A stretch of 64,000 nucleotides of DNA from Lepidodermella squamata. Lineage: Eukaryota > Animalia > Gastrotricha. The stretch is from the NCBI GenBank assembly GCA_047495785.1, contig JBLDXI010000029.1, positions 1 to 64,000 on the forward strand, in the 5' to 3' direction. Made by a program: the position numbers and the translations under genes. The notes beneath the pieces are model-generated. The model searched no databases. It was given only the letters and a program-made list of their open reading frames with translations, and had not been told where the DNA came from. This document shows, one piece after another, positions 59,401-64,000 of this stretch (position 1 is its first letter; every line of letters starts with the position of its first letter).

Positions 59401-60609
59401 GTGAAATGTCGACAATTTATAACAAAAATCGCCATTTAAAGTGTACAATTTGGCGGATCCGTACAACGCTATGTTGACCACAAGGGGTAATCCGTATCGA
59501 GGAATCCGAATCTGATATCAGTAGTTTTATAGCGTTATCCTATAATTGGAAAATAATCGATTTTCGTAATCGATATCGATTGATTATCGATTTTTTTCTG
59601 ATCACTATTCCGGATGGAAAAAAGCAATTCGGATTTGGATTCCTCGATACGGATTACCCCTTGTGGTCAACATAGCGGATTACGTTATAGTTTTATGTAT
59701 GTAACAAGCAATGTTTTATTTCCAAAAATTAAGTTAAGCACCGGCCACGGGTGGGCTTATGGCGCATCCGACATATATAACTCGTACGTATATGTATGTA
59801 TGTATGTATGTGTTTTATTCACTTTCCTTCTCATTTTACATTTACAACATTTTTTAATATTTTTTGAAAAATTGAATTTATAAACAGAGCACAATGCTAC
59901 ATATGATAATGGGTAGAAATAGAGTTGATTAATTTTTATTTTACAAAGTTTTATTTTTTATTACAAAACTCAATCATATACAAGATAGGAGAAGGAAAGA
60001 TGATAGGTGTTGCAAAGGGCAAGTCGCCTTGCCACTAAAATGAACCTCTGAATATTGTAATTCAAAAAATTATTATCGCATAAGCATAATTAAGTTCTAA
60101 AGTAGCGAACACCGAAGATATATTATACTAAGCTTATGTTGAGAAATTTTATTATAGATTATGCGTGAATTATTTTATTTTAAATAGCATTTAAAATTTA
60201 AATTATTTTAAACAGCAGCAGCGCCTCTTGTGACCCGCCGCCGCTCACCATCTTCGCGAACCGGCTAAGCAGGCCGTCTGAAGACGAAACTTTCGTGGCG
60301 GAGGCGGCGCCGGCAATCGAAGAGCCGTCGCATCGCTACTTGGCGTCGGTGACCAGCACCAACAGCAACAGCCGAGCCGTCACGTTCACAGTATCCGCAG
60401 CTTCGACGACCTCGGCAATGTCCAGTGGCTCTGCCCATCACCACCACCACCACCATTACCAACGGCACAAACAACGGGCGCTGTCGGCGACGCGCAGTTC
60501 GACGTCCAGTGAACTGCGCGCGTCGTTGCCGCTGCCAACTGGGCCGCACAGCCGCCGTTCGTCGCTCTTCGCTCCCACCGTCCTGTTCCCGTCGTCGTTC
60601 GCGCAGTGA
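56446..60609 (+). CDS. Small single-PDZ-domain protein; exons 56446-56725, 57444-57683, 60216-60609 (start codon uncertain)
   Basis: The spliced frame gives TLELNKRAGQPAGFEL...VLVGDV...VSAGDRLLAINSVPTARLSLRECERIV..SSRLRISLLR (PDZ). Junctions are phase-2 GT-AG, and AATAAA lies at 60634. Confidence 0.65.
58063..58108 (+). mobile_element. GC-rich hairpin resembling a Helitron/Helentron-type terminus
   Basis: 9-bp stem CCGGCCGGC / GCCGGCCGG around AGGCTCGCTTCGCTCGCC, in AT-rich intron sequence. The end reads CTAC/CTAT rather than the canonical CTAG. Confidence 0.3.
58254..59360 (+). mobile_element. Decayed non-LTR retrotransposon RT fragment (RTE/RTE-X-like) inside an intron
   Basis: LQKPGKP.GP...L.PI.LLNS.RK, SQ.AF..GRSTTDIVWTH, LGIDMS.AF.TI, GSPQGDSLSPILF (about 58660), *ADDTDF (58775; TAA at the Tyr of YADD), LEVN..KT, KKLGSLLGD; several stops and deletions. 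Confidence 0.88.
59467..59677. mobile_element. Fold-back element / MITE, 211 bp, with ~48-bp terminal inverted repeats
   Basis: CGCTATGTTGACCACAAGGGGTAATCCGTATCGAGGAATCC at 59467, with its exact reverse complement ending at 59677. No clear TSD. Confidence 0.8.
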
Positions 60610-61397
60610 ATCCTTTCCGCATCCTTCCACTTCAATAAAACTACTTCAACTTATATACATACTTCCAGCGTAATAATTTCGACATGATACTTCCATATCC
60701 ATACTATAAAATGTGACTAAAATGTGTAGTTCAGTTCTACTTCAGCATTCCACAGTTTTTCCACAGCAGCTCCTTTTTCTAAAACACCACGCGTGTGATT
60801 GATTGCATGTGATTTTTTATAGCTTAATAATTATTTTATAGTTTGCATCGCAGTTTGCATGAGACTATTAATGTTATATTTTTCAACACACCGACTTCTC
60901 AGCTGACGTGATACTAATTACTTATTGCTTGCTTGATTATTTTTAGAGGCTCATCCTGCCTGCGTATTTCACTCTAAAGAACAGCTATTTTTCTTATCGC
61001 AGAGTACCAGTATACTAATTAATTAATTAGTACATATTTTTTGTCATTATCACCACATCATTTTGTCATCGTCATGCATGAACAAGCATGGAATTTCTAT
61101 AGCAATAATAATAATAATAAATAAAATATCGATTGACTTTTTGATATCAGTAGCAGCAGCAGCAGCATATAATATGATGCGCTGATCGCGCGCATTGTTT
61201 ACGCTCTGCTGCTGCTGCTGTTGTTGACTCTAGCATTATATACTGATGTCCACTTTTATCATCTCTAGTGGTGTACTTTTTTATAACATTAAATTTATAA
61301 TCGAGCACCAACCGAATGGCGGCATCACCAGTAGCGACGAGTAGCCGGCGTTAGTCAACCAACGATCGACGCGCAAAATGAAGATAGCCAGCGCGGT

Positions 61398-64000
61398 ATG
61401 ATAGCAGCAGGCAGGCAGGCAGTAATAATGCTCCAGCAACCGCAGCAACAACACCAACAGCTACAACATCAGCCGGGAACGCCGCAGCTCAGCAGCCATC
61501 GCAGTCAAGGTAAGTCTACAATCAAGTTTCTACTTATAGTAAGTTTTGCATCACTAGACAACTCGGCGGGGTCGACGCCGGTGATCAGCCAACGGCGCCG
61601 CGCCAGTGCCGGCCTCTTCCTCAAGTCGCTGTTCGGCAGCCGTCAGTCGTTGAACAACAACCACCAAACAGATGCTGCTGACCATCATCAACAGCAGGCG
61701 GACGGCAAGGCGAGCAATGGAGATGTTGTTCGCCGGCCGTCGGTTTCGGTGCGCGTCAAGCCGCGCCGCAGCCGTTCATCAGCTAGCGCCCACCACAACG
61801 GCAACGGCGGGCCATCATCAGCGGCATCAGCTCGCGGCTCAACGAATGCGCCTGCTGCATCGTCAGGGCCGCCGCCTGCCGGGTGCGTGCAGATCCGCAC
61901 GGTGGAGATCGTGAAGCGGCCGGGGCAGAACCTGGGCTTCTACCTGCGCGACGGCAACGGCGCCGACCGCGTCGCCGGCGTCTTCGTGTCGCGCATCGCC
62001 GAGCACTCGCCGCTCGCGCGCAACAGCCTCATCAAGACCGGCGACGAGATCCTCGCCGTCAACTCGATGCCGACCAGCACCATGAAGGTAATACTTGTAG
62101 CAATCCATTTCGAATACTTGAATCATACGTAATTTCATTAAAGATCGAAGACGTCGTTTACATAATATCGCTGTCGAGTAAACTGCTCATAACCGTGCGC
62201 TCGTTGCCGGCGGACCTGACTGGCGGCAGCAGCAAATCAGCGGCTGGCAAACGCGCATCGTGCAAGACAGCGGCGGCGGCGGTGCAGGAGTGGGAGGCGA
62301 CGCCGCGCAGCATCGTCACGAACCACCAGCACCGCAACCAGCTGCGCGCCGCCGCCGAGGCCGCAGCCGCTGCCGAAGCGGCGCGAATCGCCGCCAAAGA
62401 CCAACAGGCTGCAGCTACTGAGCAGAAAAAATCTGAAACCGCTACTACTACTACTACAACTACTAGTAAAAGGGAAGATAACACCACTCTGAACCAGGCT
62501 GATGAGCGAACGTCGTCGTCGCCGTTGCAAAACGGCAATAATACTGCTGCTGTGCGGCCGTCACGCTCCGCCGACGTCGGCACCCTCGCAGCCACCGCAG
62601 CCGCCGGTGGCTCTGATCAGCAACAACAGAACCCGCAGCCCGTGCCCATGATCGACGACTCGCTGTCGGTGCTGTCGAGCAGCGACGAGAACCTGCACCT
62701 GACCACGCTGCAGAAAATGCAGCAGTCAGTTGCAGCATTGTCGTCAGCATCAGCCGTTCGCTCTTCCAGCCTTCGCGTTCGAACCTCGGCGCCTCCTCTT
62801 CCGCCTCCGAAACTGCCGCCTCGTGGTGGCGACAGGTCGTCGCTGCTGACGACGGTGCACGACAACATTGATTCGCGCATGGTGCCGCTGCGCTACCGCT
62901 CGGCCGAGTGTTTCCCGAAAGACGGCGACGACGACGTGGGCGGCACAGAGGACGACGACGGCGCCCGGCCGTACTACGCGCAGCCGAACCGAATTGGCGG
63001 CGGCGGCATTCTGCGGCGCGGCACCATGCCGTCGTCATCCGACTGCTACTACGCCGATGCGGCGGCGGCGGCGGCGTGCACGTGCGGCGCCAGGCACCGC
63101 AGCAGCGGTGGTGCAGGCGAGGTGTGGCGGGGCGTGGCGGCGAATGCGTCGTCGTGTTCGAATTTGATGCTCGATCACGACCAACCAGCCGCCAATGGTT
63201 GCTGTTACTACTGTGCCACGGCGTCTTCTCGATTCTCATCAACATCTTGCACTGCTCATCACTGCTCATCGTCGTCGAGACTCAATAACAACCACAGCCA
63301 TAGCCACAACCACGGCGCAGTGAGCGGCGGCTATGTCTCGGACACGGGTGAGCGAGTGGCGCCGCCGTTCCGCAACGCCGCCTTCCATCACCTGCAGCAG
63401 CATCATCCACGTTCTCCAGGTATCTTTACCCTTCTTTCGTCTTTATTCTTTCTTCTTGCGATTTCCCTGATTCATTCCGTCAATCTTAACTTCTTTTCCT
63501 TTGTTGTCGTAGCGCGCTTCTACCCGGCGTCGTTCGGCAAAAAGGGCGCCGCCGCGTCGGCGTCGTGTCTCTACGCCGACGACTACGACAACGACAACGA
63601 CTTGGATGGTGGCGTCGTAGCAGTGCAACAGCAGGCGCCGGCGAGACCGGCTCGGCGGCCGAACTGCCTCGACGTGCAAACTGCGGCGCACACGGACACG
63701 GAGCTGGACGACGGCGACGACGGCGACGGGTACCCGGGGGGCCGGTCCTACGCCCGGCACCACCAGCCTCGGCTGCAGGCGGCGCTGCTCGAGCAACTGC
63801 GCCCGCCCGCCGACGCGTTCCCGTCTTTCGTCGACTACGCGCGGCTGCCGACGGCGCCGGTCGGTGAACTGCCGCCGCCTCACGTGATGATAGGCAACCA
63901 GCAGCCGCCGCAGCAACCGCACGCCCCGGTGGCTGGCCAGCTCAACATCAACGTACAGGCGTTCTACGCGTGGAGCCTCGACGACCAGCCGGCACCGGAT
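61398..64000 (+). CDS. syd-1: Syd-1 / RhoGAP100F / SYDE-family synaptic RhoGAP, 5' part; exons 61398-61509, 61558-62087, 62144-63419, 63513->64000
   Basis: The PDZ VEIVKRPGQNLGFYLRDGNGADRVAGVFVSRIA...GDEILAVN...MKIEDVVYIISLSSKLLITVR resembles invertebrate Syd-1. The frame stays open to the window end; C2 and RhoGAP domains would lie beyond it. Confidence 0.85.

Overview
Gene-dense eukaryotic, most likely invertebrate animal, DNA with GT-AG introns of about 50-2500 nt, very GC3/CpG-rich exons and many poly-Q/N/H/S/A tracts. Bases 16-8723 are a near-perfect inverted copy of 9828-18533 around a ~1.1 kb spacer. The window starts with what I recognise as a PacBio barcode (bc1003), and the left arm carries homopolymer frameshifts. 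This fold-back is therefore most likely an amplification/assembly chimera that has replaced the 5' part of TIMELESS. Unique gene content in order: TIMELESS (5'-truncated, +), SRP19 (-), FEN1 (+), ROCK (+), ALG2 (-), IP6K (-), POLR2E/RPB5 (-), NUAK-type kinase (+), CCDC24 (-), PIGB (+), a small PDZ gene (+) and the 5' part of Syd-1/SYDE RhoGAP (+). Mobile-element remnants include a TA-flanked Tc2/pogo-like MITE, an RLE-type non-LTR 3' fragment, a decayed RT fragment and a fold-back MITE. The most interesting biological candidates are a decayed intronless SGNH-esterase-RING plus RPA-like OB-fold cassette between CCDC24 and PIGB, an operon-like RPB5-IP6K(-ALG2) arrangement, and a stop-free in-frame intron with U12-like signals in Syd-1. 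All protein identifications come from motif recognition by eye; no database searches were run.
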